A DNA stretch of 64,000 nt from Candidatus Magasanikiibacteriota bacterium (GTDB taxonomy: Bacteria; Patescibacteriota; Patescibacteriia; Magasanikbacterales; 2-02-FULL-50-9b). The stretch lies in NCBI GenBank assembly GCA_943349075.1, contig CALQYY010000001.1, positions 8,312 to 72,311 on the forward strand. Direction: 5' to 3'. The notes beneath the pieces were generated by a model that did not search any database, was not told the origin of the DNA, and worked only from the letters and a program-made list of their open reading frames with translations. Shown here piece after piece: positions 8,276 through 18,296 of this stretch (the stretch's first letter is position 1; every line of letters begins with the position of its first letter). A program made the position numbers and the translations under genes.

Positions 8276-10420
8276 ATGTATAAGATTATTTTTGGATTAC
8301 TAGTATGCTTGCTCTATTCTCAGGGGGTTGCTCAGGCAAGTGATGGTAGTGGTTTGGTTAACAAAACAAATCCTTTTGTTGTTGCTATCGAAAAAGACTA
8401 CCCACCATTTTTGTTTTTTGAAAATAATGAGGTGCAAGGATTGTCATTTGATTATCTAAAATTGGTTTCAAAAATAATGGGACAGCAAGTTCAATTTACT
8501 GAACCCTTGCAGTTAAATGAAATGCTCGAATCGATAAAAAATGGTAAGAGCAATATCCTTATTGATATAACGAAAACACCCGATCGCGATCAATATTTGG
8601 AATTTTCAAATTCATATATTGATGCGCCAGCAGTTGTTGTTGCAAGAAAAAACCACATAAGTGTCTGGGATGGTGGGGGGTCAAATACTGGAATAACTAT
8701 TGCTGCAGGAAAATCGTATGGAGTCGTTTCGTTTCTCAGAGCTCGGTACCCTAAGGCAGTTATTGTTGAAATGCCGACTGATTATGATGTTCTAAAAGCA
8801 GTTTCACTTAACGCAGTAGATGTGGGCGTTTTAGATGTTGGCAGCTACTCGTATTTACAAAAGAAAATTAATTTTGAAAACCTAACAATTCTTGGAAACT
8901 CAGGATTCTTGTATTCTCTGAGCTTTGCTGTTTTGGAAAAAGATAAAGAATTCATTCCGCAGCTAAATAATGCTATCGCATTAATTTCTGAAGATGAAAA
9001 GACGGGTATATATTCAAAATGGATTTCTACTTATGCGAATGAAGATGTTTTGTTGGTTTCAAAACTAACAAAAGAAATTGTGGGAGGTATCTTAGGATTT
9101 GTTCTAATTGTTATTTTGTGGAATTTGATTTTGCAGAAAAAAGTTAAGCAGAGAACAGCAGAACTCGAAAAAGTCCAAAAAGAGATTGATGAGTCGCTTG
9201 TGCGAAGTAGAAAAGAAGCGCTTGTGTATCATGATGAGTCGGAGACTAAAACAACAAAGCTTGAGAAAACAAAAAAAGCGATGTTAAATATTTTGGAAGA
9301 TATTCAGCAAGAAAAAACAGCGCTTTCGCTCCTCACACGAAAATTCAAGATTGCTACAGAATCGGCAAAAATTGGTGTGATGGAAATGGATATTGCGGCG
9401 AATCGTATCTACGGCGATGACATTACATGTGCTTTATACGGGGTTGAAGGTCTTGAGTTTGAGTGTACATTTGAAAAGTGGATGTCATTTGTACACTCAG
9501 ATGATAGAAAAAGGGTCTCAGATAAGATGAATAAATCAATGCAAGACGGCTCAATGTTTGAGGATATCTTTAGAATTATTCGGCCGTCTGGTGAGACTCG
9601 GTATATTAAGGGTTACGCTCAGATTGATTTTGATGAGAAGCATAATCCAGTTAAAATGGTTGGTGTGAATTATGATGTAACTCACGAAAAAGAGGTTGAT
9701 TTGGAAAAGACGGAATTTGTTTCACTTGCGTCGCATCAGCTGAAAACTCCAATCGGATCAATTTCGTGGAATCTCGAAATGCTTGAAAATGGTGACTACG
9801 GAGACCTGACGGACACACAAAAAGAGATTGTTTCTGAAATGTATCTCATGAGCCGGAGAATGAACGAGCTCGTAAACAGTCTTTTGAATGTTTCACGCAT
9901 AGAGCTTGGGGTTTTCATTATTGAACCAGAACCTGTTGATTTTGGTAAATTATGTGACGAGGTTTTGCTTGAACTTAAGCCTCGTATCGAAACCAAAAAG
10001 CACGAAGTATCAAAGACTTATACGGGAAATATACAAAATATTCCTGCAGACCCTAAACTGCTTCGCATAATATTTCAGAATTATCTGTCGAATGCGGTTA
10101 AATATACGCAGGATCATGGAAAAATTGAAGTTAAGATTGTGGCCGATAGCGCGAATGTGCTTGTAAGCGTTTGGAATAATGGAGATCCAATTCCAGAAAA
10201 AGATAAGGAAAAGATTTTTGGAAAAATGTTTAGAGCAAGCAATGCGCAGGCGCAGGACCCTGATGGAAATGGGCTTGGCTTATATCTGGTTAAAAAGATT
10301 ATTGAAAATGGGGGTGGCAAGGTCTGGTTTGAGTCGTCAAAAGAAAAGGGAACAACGTTTTATATTTCAATTCCACTTACCGGGATGGTCCGCAAAGAGG
10401 GAACTAAAAAGCTTGACTAA
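8276..10420 (+). CDS. sensor histidine kinase (PBPb/SBP_bac_3 periplasmic domain, PAS, HisKA, HATPase_c)
   Basis: DYPPF; H-box LASHQLKTP; NYLSNAVKYT; GNGLGLYLVK; start at MYKII. Confidence 0.93.
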   Translation: MYKIIFGLLVCLLYSQGVAQASDGSGLVNKTNPFVVAIEKDYPPFLFFENNEVQGLSFDYLKLVSKIMGQQVQFTEPLQLNEMLESIKNGKSNILIDITKTPDRDQYLEFSNSYIDAPAVVVARKNHISVWDGGGSNTGITIAAGKSYGVVSFLRARYPKAVIVEMPTDYDVLKAVSLNAVDVGVLDVGSYSYLQKKINFENLTILGNSGFLYSLSFAVLEKDKEFIPQLNNAIALISEDEKTGIYSKWISTYANEDVLLVSKLTKEIVGGILGFVLIVILWNLILQKKVKQRTAELEKVQKEIDESLVRSRKEALVYHDESETKTTKLEKTKKAMLNILEDIQQEKTALSLLTRKFKIATESAKIGVMEMDIAANRIYGDDITCALYGVEGLEFECTFEKWMSFVHSDDRKRVSDKMNKSMQDGSMFEDIFRIIRPSGETRYIKGYAQIDFDEKHNPVKMVGVNYDVTHEKEVDLEKTEFVSLASHQLKTPIGSISWNLEMLENGDYGDLTDTQKEIVSEMYLMSRRMNELVNSLLNVSRIELGVFIIEPEPVDFGKLCDEVLLELKPRIETKKHEVSKTYTGNIQNIPADPKLLRIIFQNYLSNAVKYTQDHGKIEVKIVADSANVLVSVWNNGDPIPEKDKEKIFGKMFRASNAQAQDPDGNGLGLYLVKKIIENGGGKVWFESSKEKGTTFYISIPLTGMVRKEGTKKLD

Positions 10421-10478
10421 TTCTACATAAGACTGGTAACGATTATTTGTTCGGCGTGGTATACTTACTTCGTACCGC

Positions 10479-13160
10479 TTGGTTTGGTATATGATGTTTA
10501 AGCAGGAAAATTTTTTAAAAACGTTGTTTGTTTTTTTTGGGTTTGTTCTAACTATTTTTTTGGCGCTTATTAGTAGAAACGTATTTGATGCATATTCTTC
10601 GGTCGAAACATACGTAGATCTTACATCATCAAATACTTATACGGACACCACAAACACAAGTGGAATTTGGAAAACAAATTATTTAGGTGGGGCGCATGCG
10701 GGACGACGGTGGGGAAGTTTGGGAGGTGGTAGTACGTCAACAGCGGAGTTGATGGTAACAAGTACGATCTGGCAAACAGGAAGAAATGGTTATGCTCAAT
10801 TTGATATTGATAGTAGTGATAACATACATTTAGCCTCTCTTGATTTTCCAAGTGCAACAACATATCGAATTAGTGCTTCAAAATTTGGATCTGCCACAAA
10901 ACAATGGAGCGCTTATTCGGGTTCTGATTCAGCAAGCATACTCTTTGTTACATCGACAGCCATCTCATACAATCTTTCATTGGTGCTTGACCAATTAGGA
11001 AATCCAGCAATTGTATATACTGACACAGGAGCTGCTTCAAATTTGTACTATACAAAATGGAATTCAAGTACAAACCAGTGGGAGGACGTTTCAGGTAATG
11101 CAAGTGTTATAACCTCACTTGTCGGACAAGACAGTTCTTATGCTGTCGGTGCGAACGGTTTTGTTCCTACATTTGATAGCAGCAACAATCTTGTTGTTGC
11201 TTATTCACAAGCAAGCTCCACATTTACTGATATCAAAATTGGAAAATGGAGTGGTAGTGACTTTGTTGGACTATCAAGCGCAACCGCGCCAGATAGTTTG
11301 GCTTATGTTGGTGGTTTAACGGGAAAAGCTTTGCTATGGCCAAGTATTAGATTTAGCCAAGATAATAAAGCTTATTTATTCTTCGTTGAAGATGTTCCTG
11401 CTTCATCAAATGAAAAGGCCCATATAATCGAGTTTGATGGTTCGCAGTGGATTAATCCTGTCACTGGTTTGGCGGGCTATTATCAATACATTAATCCGGC
11501 TGCATATTTTTCATATCACGGTACACGTTCCCGATCTACTGCATTTTATGGTTCGGAAATCTATTTTGGATTTCGTGTATGGCCATCGTCAAGTGAAGCA
11601 AGATCGTTGTATTTAAGTAAAATCAACACATCATCTAACTCTTTTTCTGCATTAGATGGAACTGTGGGCACATCCTCTACAGCCAACTTGATAACACCAG
11701 CCTCAACAGCTATAAATACGCTAGACGCGATTGATGTTCTAAGCTCAGGCGTTGTTAGTGTGCGTTTTAATGGATCAGGTTCGACAAATAAAAGTTCTTT
11801 TTACCAATATTGGGACCCTACCGCACTTACGTGGAGATCCTTCGTTGGTGCTCTTGATGGTGTTGCTGAGGGAGATATTATTCCATATGGACGGACAGCA
11901 GCAAACGGTTTAAACAGCGGTGTTACTAAGTTTGATTCTTATGGGTTGCCTGTAATTCTTACTCGAGCAAAAGACCCGAATGATACAACTCATGATGCTA
12001 TTTTTATGGCCCGCGGTTTTTATGTAACATCAACACCATCGGTAATTCAGACAACAGACTTGTTGACACAAACAGGTGAGGAATTTATAAAGGCAACTGC
12101 TACATATTCAGGTAATTTAAACGGAGGATCCGCAACTATTGAATTATCAGCTGACCAGGGTGAAACGTGGGTTAGTGCAAATGCTGCAGGAGAGTATGTT
12201 TGGTCAAGACCGAGTAATGATGTGCGAGCACGAATATTGATTAATCCAGAAAGTTCTGGGTATACGACACCAATACTATCATCGCTACGAGTTAGTTTTG
12301 TGCCAACCGGACGATTTGCAAGTGTTGTTGAGCATCTTCCTAATGCTCCTATATTTGAATCTATTGAAATTTTAAGTTCGTCAACTGTTAAATATACATT
12401 CACGCCAGGCTCAGGCGATACAACGGGTTTTAAAATTGTTTCGTGTAACAATCTTACTGTGGCAACCTCAACATCTGAAAAAGATTGTGTCAGCATTGTT
12501 GATACAGGTTTGACGGATCAGACAGAAGTTCGCTCGTTGATTGAAACTGGGCTGGAGTTAGGCAGAACATATTGTGATCGTAAGATTGTAGGATTCAATC
12601 AGTATGGTTTTGGCGAACTCTCAGATATTCCGTGTTTTTCAATGCCTAAAAAAGCTGAAGATAGCGATCTTTCTCAAGAGGATGTATCAAAAACTGCCGC
12701 ACCGCTCGGCAGTGAACAGGCGGTATCGAGTACCTCTGAAATAAAAACTACTAAAGGTTCAAAAGAACCACTCTTGCTAAAGGGCTTTAGTGTGTTAGAC
12801 AGCGCACTATTCGTACGTCCGCTTTCGGGCCCAAATGTAAACGATGTTTTTGTAATCGTGCGCGGAAAAGCGCGACTTATATCACCAACAATTCGTAAAG
12901 CACTTGATATTCCGGATTCTCATGTCGTTAGAATTTGGAAAGAGGAGTTGTCTGAATATGCCATCGGGCCACGATGGACCTTACAAGAAGGGTATCCTGA
13001 TGGTACACTGATTTCATTCAATGATGGTGGTGTTGGTTATGTTATCATCGATCGTATCCCACAACCAATTGATGGTATTTATTTTTTGTTTTCTGATTTA
13101 GTTTCAGAAAGGCAAATAATTACCTCGAGAAAGAAATTCGATTTAATAATGGAAAAATAG
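10479..13160 (+). CDS. large Ser/Thr-rich secreted or surface protein (beta-propeller-like blades, Asp-box, FN3-like segment)
   Basis: N-terminal TM/signal; repeated W-x-G/S..W blades; SADQGETW Asp-box; true start probably about 10491-10494. Confidence 0.6.
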   Translation: MVWYMMFKQENFLKTLFVFFGFVLTIFLALISRNVFDAYSSVETYVDLTSSNTYTDTTNTSGIWKTNYLGGAHAGRRWGSLGGGSTSTAELMVTSTIWQTGRNGYAQFDIDSSDNIHLASLDFPSATTYRISASKFGSATKQWSAYSGSDSASILFVTSTAISYNLSLVLDQLGNPAIVYTDTGAASNLYYTKWNSSTNQWEDVSGNASVITSLVGQDSSYAVGANGFVPTFDSSNNLVVAYSQASSTFTDIKIGKWSGSDFVGLSSATAPDSLAYVGGLTGKALLWPSIRFSQDNKAYLFFVEDVPASSNEKAHIIEFDGSQWINPVTGLAGYYQYINPAAYFSYHGTRSRSTAFYGSEIYFGFRVWPSSSEARSLYLSKINTSSNSFSALDGTVGTSSTANLITPASTAINTLDAIDVLSSGVVSVRFNGSGSTNKSSFYQYWDPTALTWRSFVGALDGVAEGDIIPYGRTAANGLNSGVTKFDSYGLPVILTRAKDPNDTTHDAIFMARGFYVTSTPSVIQTTDLLTQTGEEFIKATATYSGNLNGGSATIELSADQGETWVSANAAGEYVWSRPSNDVRARILINPESSGYTTPILSSLRVSFVPTGRFASVVEHLPNAPIFESIEILSSSTVKYTFTPGSGDTTGFKIVSCNNLTVATSTSEKDCVSIVDTGLTDQTEVRSLIETGLELGRTYCDRKIVGFNQYGFGELSDIPCFSMPKKAEDSDLSQEDVSKTAAPLGSEQAVSSTSEIKTTKGSKEPLLLKGFSVLDSALFVRPLSGPNVNDVFVIVRGKARLISPTIRKALDIPDSHVVRIWKEELSEYAIGPRWTLQEGYPDGTLISFNDGGVGYVIIDRIPQPIDGIYFLFSDLVSERQIITSRKKFDLIMEK

Positions 13161-13184
13161 TGTCGTATTATGTTTTTTTCATCT

Positions 13185-14183
13185 ATGCCAACACGCGTTG
13201 CAATTAATGGGTTCGGTCGTATCGGCCGCCAAGTTTTTAAAGCTGGTTTTGATAATAAGAAGATCGAATTTGTTGCGATCAATGATTTGGGCGATGCTGA
13301 AAATCTCGCGTACCTGCTTGCACATGACAGCGTGTATGGTAATTGGCCGCATAAAGTTTCGGCAAAGCCGGGAATGCTTATTGTTGATGGGGTGAAGATT
13401 CCGGTGTTTGCGGAAAAAGATCCCGCGCTCTTGCCATGGGCAAAATTAAAAGTTGATGTTGCGATTGAGTCGACAGGGCGATTTACTGACGAAGAGGGTT
13501 TGCAAAAACATATTGCTGCGGGCGCGCGCCGTGCGATTTTGTCAGCACCTTCAAAAGGTGGTGGCGTTCCAACGTTTGTGCGCGGCGTTAATGATGAGAA
13601 GCTGGGGAAATCTCAGATAGTTAATAATGCAAGCTGTACTACAAATTGTGTTGCTCCGGTTACTGCGGTAATTACCGAAGCGTTTGGGGTTCTGAAGGCG
13701 GGTATGACCACGATTCATTCGTACACAGCCGACCAGGCACTTGTGGATGGTCCGCACAAAGATTTTCGCCGTGGACGCAGCGCAGCGCTCAATATGGTTC
13801 CAACAACAACGGGTGCAGCGATTGCGGTTACCGAAACAATTCCAGAACTCCGCGGAAAATTTGATGGCAGTTCGATTCGTGTGCCAACGCCAGTCGGATC
13901 GATTTCCGATTTTACGTTTTTAACACGCAAAAAAACAACAGTCGAAGAGGTGAATGCAGCGCTCGTTGCAGCAAGCAAGCTTCCACGCTGGAAAGGTATT
14001 CTTGTGTGCTCAAATGAACCACTCGTATCGCATGATATTGTTGGAAATACGGCGAGTGTTGTTGTTGATTTGGCGTTCACGCAAGTTATTGATGGTGATC
14101 TTGTTAAGATTTTGGGATGGTACGATAATGAATGGGGCTATTCTCATCGTTTGATTGAGATGGTTCAGAAAATGGGTAAGTAA
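13185..14183 (+). CDS. gap: type I glyceraldehyde-3-phosphate dehydrogenase
   Basis: INGFGRIGR, NASCTTNC, WYDNEWGYS. Confidence 0.98.
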   Translation: MPTRVAINGFGRIGRQVFKAGFDNKKIEFVAINDLGDAENLAYLLAHDSVYGNWPHKVSAKPGMLIVDGVKIPVFAEKDPALLPWAKLKVDVAIESTGRFTDEEGLQKHIAAGARRAILSAPSKGGGVPTFVRGVNDEKLGKSQIVNNASCTTNCVAPVTAVITEAFGVLKAGMTTIHSYTADQALVDGPHKDFRRGRSAALNMVPTTTGAAIAVTETIPELRGKFDGSSIRVPTPVGSISDFTFLTRKKTTVEEVNAALVAASKLPRWKGILVCSNEPLVSHDIVGNTASVVVDLAFTQVIDGDLVKILGWYDNEWGYSHRLIEMVQKMGK

Positions 14184-14191
14184 TTGTTTTT

Positions 14192-15328
14192 ATGAAATTA
14201 AATTCGCTCGCGAGCGCACCCATACAAAAAGGGACACGCGTTCTTGTTCGTATAGATTCGGATATCGACTTTGTTCGTGGCAAGATCGCGCCGGAATCAG
14301 CATATCGTTTGGATTGTGCGGTTCCGACATTGAAATTCTTACTTAAGAATAAGGCTGTGGTGACCGTGATGGGGCATCGAGGACGGCCAGCTGGGAAAAA
14401 AGTTGCAGCACTTTCACTTGCGCCGGCGCAAAAATATTTAGAAGGAAAGCTCAAAATGAAATTGAGTTTTTTGCCAAACACGCGTTTCGATGCGCGCGAG
14501 GAAAAAAATGACATCGGCTATGCACGCGAGCTTGCTGAAGATCAGGATATTTTCATCAACGACTCGTTCGCAACAGCGCATCGCAAACACGCATCAACAC
14601 ATGCGATTACGCGAGTGCTTCCTAGCTACGCAGGTCTTCAGTTTGTAAAAGAGGTAGAAGAGCTCGAGGCGATTCGTGACGCCTCGCCACAACCGCTTTC
14701 GCTCATAATTGGAGGGTCCAAGATCGAAACGAAAATTCCCCTGATCAACCAGTTCACGAAATATGCGCAGCATATTTTTATTGTGGGTGCTGCAGCAAAT
14801 GCGTTTTTTGCAGCGCGTGGCATGAAAATTGGAAGCTCAGTTGTTTTGCCAGCATCTATTCGTGCCGCCAAGAAATTACTGCTCCAGAAAAATATTATCA
14901 TTCCGGTTGATGTAATTGTTCAGTCGGGAAAAAAGAGTCGCGCAGTTGCGTTGCCTGACGAGTCGAATCAGAAGCGGTTTGAGATTTGCTCAGGACGCGA
15001 AATGATTTTGGATATTGGTCCTGCTTCGCTCGTATGTATGTCGGAAATGCTCGCGAGCGCGCGTGGAATCATTTGGAATGGGCCGCCGGGGAAGTTTGAG
15101 CAGCAGCCGTTTCACCTCGGAACGGTTCGTGTTGCGCGCATGCTCGCGCACGCGGGGCGCTCGGGCGCGACCGTTGTTGCGGGAGGTGGCGAGACTGTGA
15201 CAGGAATTTTGCAGAGCAAAATGTCGAACGGCTACACGCACATTTCAACCGGTGGCGGCGCAATGCTCGAATTCTTAAGCGGTGCACGCATGCCGGTGAT
15301 CGAAGCTCTCCTTGCAAAAACCGAATAA
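14192..15328 (+). CDS. pgk: phosphoglycerate kinase (divergent)
   Basis: GHRGRP, NDSFATAHRKHAS, WNGPPGKFE, HISTGGGAMLEFL. Confidence 0.93.
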   Translation: MKLNSLASAPIQKGTRVLVRIDSDIDFVRGKIAPESAYRLDCAVPTLKFLLKNKAVVTVMGHRGRPAGKKVAALSLAPAQKYLEGKLKMKLSFLPNTRFDAREEKNDIGYARELAEDQDIFINDSFATAHRKHASTHAITRVLPSYAGLQFVKEVEELEAIRDASPQPLSLIIGGSKIETKIPLINQFTKYAQHIFIVGAAANAFFAARGMKIGSSVVLPASIRAAKKLLLQKNIIIPVDVIVQSGKKSRAVALPDESNQKRFEICSGREMILDIGPASLVCMSEMLASARGIIWNGPPGKFEQQPFHLGTVRVARMLAHAGRSGATVVAGGGETVTGILQSKMSNGYTHISTGGGAMLEFLSGARMPVIEALLAKTE

Positions 15329-15355
15329 TGCTATACTAACGCTAACAAAAATCAT

Positions 15356-16234
15356 ATGTATATCAACGAAAAATGTCCTTGTGAAAACGATTGCTGCGCA
15401 AACGGAACGTGCAGTACGTGCGCAAACGAAGCGTTCTCTTCAGCAGATGAAGGATCGTGCTGTTCTTCGGGTGGCGATGCAGAAATGGTGCATCCGCTCA
15501 GCAGCCCCGTATTCAAGTTCGTTGGTGTTTTCCTCATTATATTTTTGATAACACTGATTGCGAATAACATTAAAACGTTTCGTCGAATTGGATTTGCTGA
15601 TCGCTTACAAAACACAATAACTATCGATGGAACCGGTAAAGTTACTGCAGCTCCAAATATTGCAGTGACGAGTGTTGGACTCGTTACAGAAAAGTCTGAT
15701 GTTGCGGCAGCTCAGCTCGAAAATTCTAAAAAAATGAACGAACTTGTTTCGAGTCTTAAAAAACTTGGAATTGCAGATGAGGATATCAAGACAGCGCAGT
15801 ACCAAATTTATCCAAAATATTCATACGAAGAAAAGAAGGGTAGTAATATCACAGGATATTCAGTTTCTCAGAGTTTGGATGTAAAAATTCGCGACCTCGC
15901 AAAGATTTCTGAGGTTTTGGCTGCAGCGGGTGCAGCAGGCGCAAATCAGGTGAGTGGAATTCAGTTCACCATCGACGAACCAAAGAATCTTCGTGCGGAG
16001 GCTCGCGCAGAAGCTGTAAAAGATGCCCAGGATAAGGCTGATAAGTTGGCAGAAGATCTTGGGGTTCGCCTTGGCCGTGTGATTGGATTTAGCGAATCGC
16101 AGGGTGGTTCGCCAGCTCCGTATGCGATGATGACAAAAGATGCGGTTGGTGGCTACGCAGAGGCGGCACCACAAATTCAGGCAGGTACACTTGATATTCA
16201 GTCGAACGTTTCAGTCACTTACGAAATTCGATAA
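15356..16234 (+). CDS. SIMPL (DUF541) domain protein with Cys-rich N-terminus
   Basis: ITIDGTGKVTAAPN, ARAEAVKDAQDKADKLA, VSVTYEI. Confidence 0.9.
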   Translation: MYINEKCPCENDCCANGTCSTCANEAFSSADEGSCCSSGGDAEMVHPLSSPVFKFVGVFLIIFLITLIANNIKTFRRIGFADRLQNTITIDGTGKVTAAPNIAVTSVGLVTEKSDVAAAQLENSKKMNELVSSLKKLGIADEDIKTAQYQIYPKYSYEEKKGSNITGYSVSQSLDVKIRDLAKISEVLAAAGAAGANQVSGIQFTIDEPKNLRAEARAEAVKDAQDKADKLAEDLGVRLGRVIGFSESQGGSPAPYAMMTKDAVGGYAEAAPQIQAGTLDIQSNVSVTYEIR

Positions 16235-16236
16235 GT

Positions 16237-17469
16237 ATGAAAATAACCTCCATTCGCGCACAGGAAATTCTTGATTCACGTGGTAATCCAACAGTTCGTG
16301 TATTTTTGACTGCGGGAAAAATTACGGTAAGCGCCTCTGTTCCAAGCGGCGCTTCGACGGGGTCACACGAAGCGCTTGAGCTGCGCGATGGAGATGAAAA
16401 GCGATATGGAGGGAAGGGTGTTTTAAAGGCGGTTCGAAATATTGAAAAGAAAATTGCGCCAATGCTCATTGGTGTTGATGTGCGAAAGCAGCGCGAGATC
16501 GACGCGATCATGATCGATCTTGATGGAACAAAAAATAAAACACAATTGGGTGCGAATGCAATTTTGGGTGTTTCGCTTGCGGCTGCACGCTGCGCGGCGG
16601 CGCTCTCAGGAATGGAGCTCTGGCAATACCTCCAGAAAACATACAGATTAAAGGGTGGCAAAAAATTGCCTTACCCAACGATGAACGTTATCAATGGAGG
16701 TGTTCACGCAGACTCGGGACTTTCGACGCAGGAATTCATGATAATCCCGCAGCAGAAAAAAATGAGTGAGCGCGTGCGCGTTGGGTCTGAAGTTTTCATG
16801 GCTTTGAAAAAGATTTTGAAGGATGAAAAATATGCGGTTGGCGTTGGCGATGAGGGTGGTTTTGCGCCGCGCCTCGGCTCGTCCGAAAAAGCGCTTCAGG
16901 TTTTGATGGCAGCGATTCAGCAGGCCGGCTATAAGCCAGGAGCTGACGTCAAACTCGGAATGGATGTTGCTGCATCTGAGTTCTACGACAAAGGCGTGTA
17001 TAAATTCGAGGGCAAGAAAAAAACAGGTGCTGAGATGATCGAAATGATTGCGGGCTGGGTTCAGAAATATCCGATTGTTTCGGTTGAGGATCCACTTCAC
17101 GAAGATGATTGGGAGCACTGGGAAAAGTTTACAACAAAACTTCGTCATTTGATTACGATTGTTGGTGATGATTTGTTTGTGACCAATGTTGAGCGCTTGC
17201 AGCAAGGAATTTCGCGCCGCGTTGCAAATGCGATTCTGATTAAAGTGAATCAAATTGGTTCGCTTTCTGAGACAATTGACACAATTTTGCTCGCGCAGAA
17301 AAATAACTATAAGGTTTCGGTGTCGCATCGTTCGGGTGAAACTGCTGACACGTTTATTGCAGATTTGGCGGTTGCCGTTGGTGCGGACTTTTTGAAGTCA
17401 GGGTCGTTGTCTCGGTCGGAGCGTGTTGAGAAATATAACCGTGTCAACGAAATCGAAATGCAGAAATAA
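16237..17469 (+). CDS. eno: enolase
   Basis: ILDSRGNPTV, VPSGASTG, GDEGGFAP, SHRSGET. Confidence 0.98.
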   Translation: MKITSIRAQEILDSRGNPTVRVFLTAGKITVSASVPSGASTGSHEALELRDGDEKRYGGKGVLKAVRNIEKKIAPMLIGVDVRKQREIDAIMIDLDGTKNKTQLGANAILGVSLAAARCAAALSGMELWQYLQKTYRLKGGKKLPYPTMNVINGGVHADSGLSTQEFMIIPQQKKMSERVRVGSEVFMALKKILKDEKYAVGVGDEGGFAPRLGSSEKALQVLMAAIQQAGYKPGADVKLGMDVAASEFYDKGVYKFEGKKKTGAEMIEMIAGWVQKYPIVSVEDPLHEDDWEHWEKFTTKLRHLITIVGDDLFVTNVERLQQGISRRVANAILIKVNQIGSLSETIDTILLAQKNNYKVSVSHRSGETADTFIADLAVAVGADFLKSGSLSRSERVEKYNRVNEIEMQK

Positions 17470-17594
17470 TAATTGTTTATGCGCACGCGTCGATTTTCCC
17501 TGCGGAAAATCGCGCTCTCTCTCGGCATTGCTCGCCTTGCACGGCAAGGCGCCGGCCCGCATTGCCTCCGAGGGGCGCATTCACAATCATTATT
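17465..17594. repeat. 130-nt inverted-repeat-bounded multi-hairpin element (REP/MITE-like)
   Basis: aataataattgtttatgcgc vs reverse complement of the right end aataatgattgtgaatgcgc (17/20); internal hairpins cgattttcc/ggaaaatcg and gccttgc/gcaaggc. Confidence 0.6.
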
Positions 17595-17621
17595 GCTGCA
17601 AATGTAGTAATAATAGTTTTT

Positions 17622-18287
17622 ATGAATTTTGAAAAGCCAGAAATTAATTCAACATCTCAAGATAAGGTTGTTTCTCCAAGCCGAGGTTATGGTTTGCAAA
17701 AAAGAATCGTTGCTGCGCTTGCCTCAATTGGTTTACTTGCGGGAGTGGGTGAATCGGTGGCACATGCTGACACTAAAGTAGAAGTGCAGACAGGGGACCA
17801 TGTTGAAAAGACGGTAAAGTTTGGAAAAGCTGTCTATTCGGTGACACCTGAAAAATCAAATAAACTTGGCGAAATTCACACTTTAATTATCACCCATGGG
17901 GGCGAAAAATTTACTCTTATTTATCAATCACTCATTGATTCCAAGTCGGGTGTTTCCCAGGATCGAGTTAAAGCAGAGGGAGTTTTTCCGAAGCAATATG
18001 AGTTATTTGGTCCACTGCAAATTGAAACATTCACTAAGTCCATGAATAAGGTTGTTCAAGAAGATTATTTTGGTGATCGTTCGATGTTTGAAATAGCGTT
18101 TTCGGATCAGTTGCAGAATTTTTCCCAAGATTATGTTGTGATCAGCTCTTTAAAGGAGTTAGGAAAAGGCTCTTCTTCCGAGTGTGTAAAAAAAGTGGAG
18201 AATTTAAAAAAGGAACTTAGTAGTTTCATGAAAAAATATCCTGACTACAAGATTAATGCAGAGTTACTCAGTAATTTGGGTCTGTAA
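17622..18287 (+). CDS. hypothetical exported protein
   Basis: start at MNFEK; hydrophobic segment ending in AHA, a signal-peptidase-like site. Confidence 0.65.
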   Translation: MNFEKPEINSTSQDKVVSPSRGYGLQKRIVAALASIGLLAGVGESVAHADTKVEVQTGDHVEKTVKFGKAVYSVTPEKSNKLGEIHTLIITHGGEKFTLIYQSLIDSKSGVSQDRVKAEGVFPKQYELFGPLQIETFTKSMNKVVQEDYFGDRSMFEIAFSDQLQNFSQDYVVISSLKELGKGSSSECVKKVENLKKELSSFMKKYPDYKINAELLSNLGL

Positions 18288-18296
18288 ATTTTGATT

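Noticed and set aside
14192-15328. pgk as a pseudogene because of motif drift (DSD for DxN, GGGET)
   Set aside because: The ORF is intact and other catalytic motifs are retained; the drift is consistent with a fast-evolving lineage
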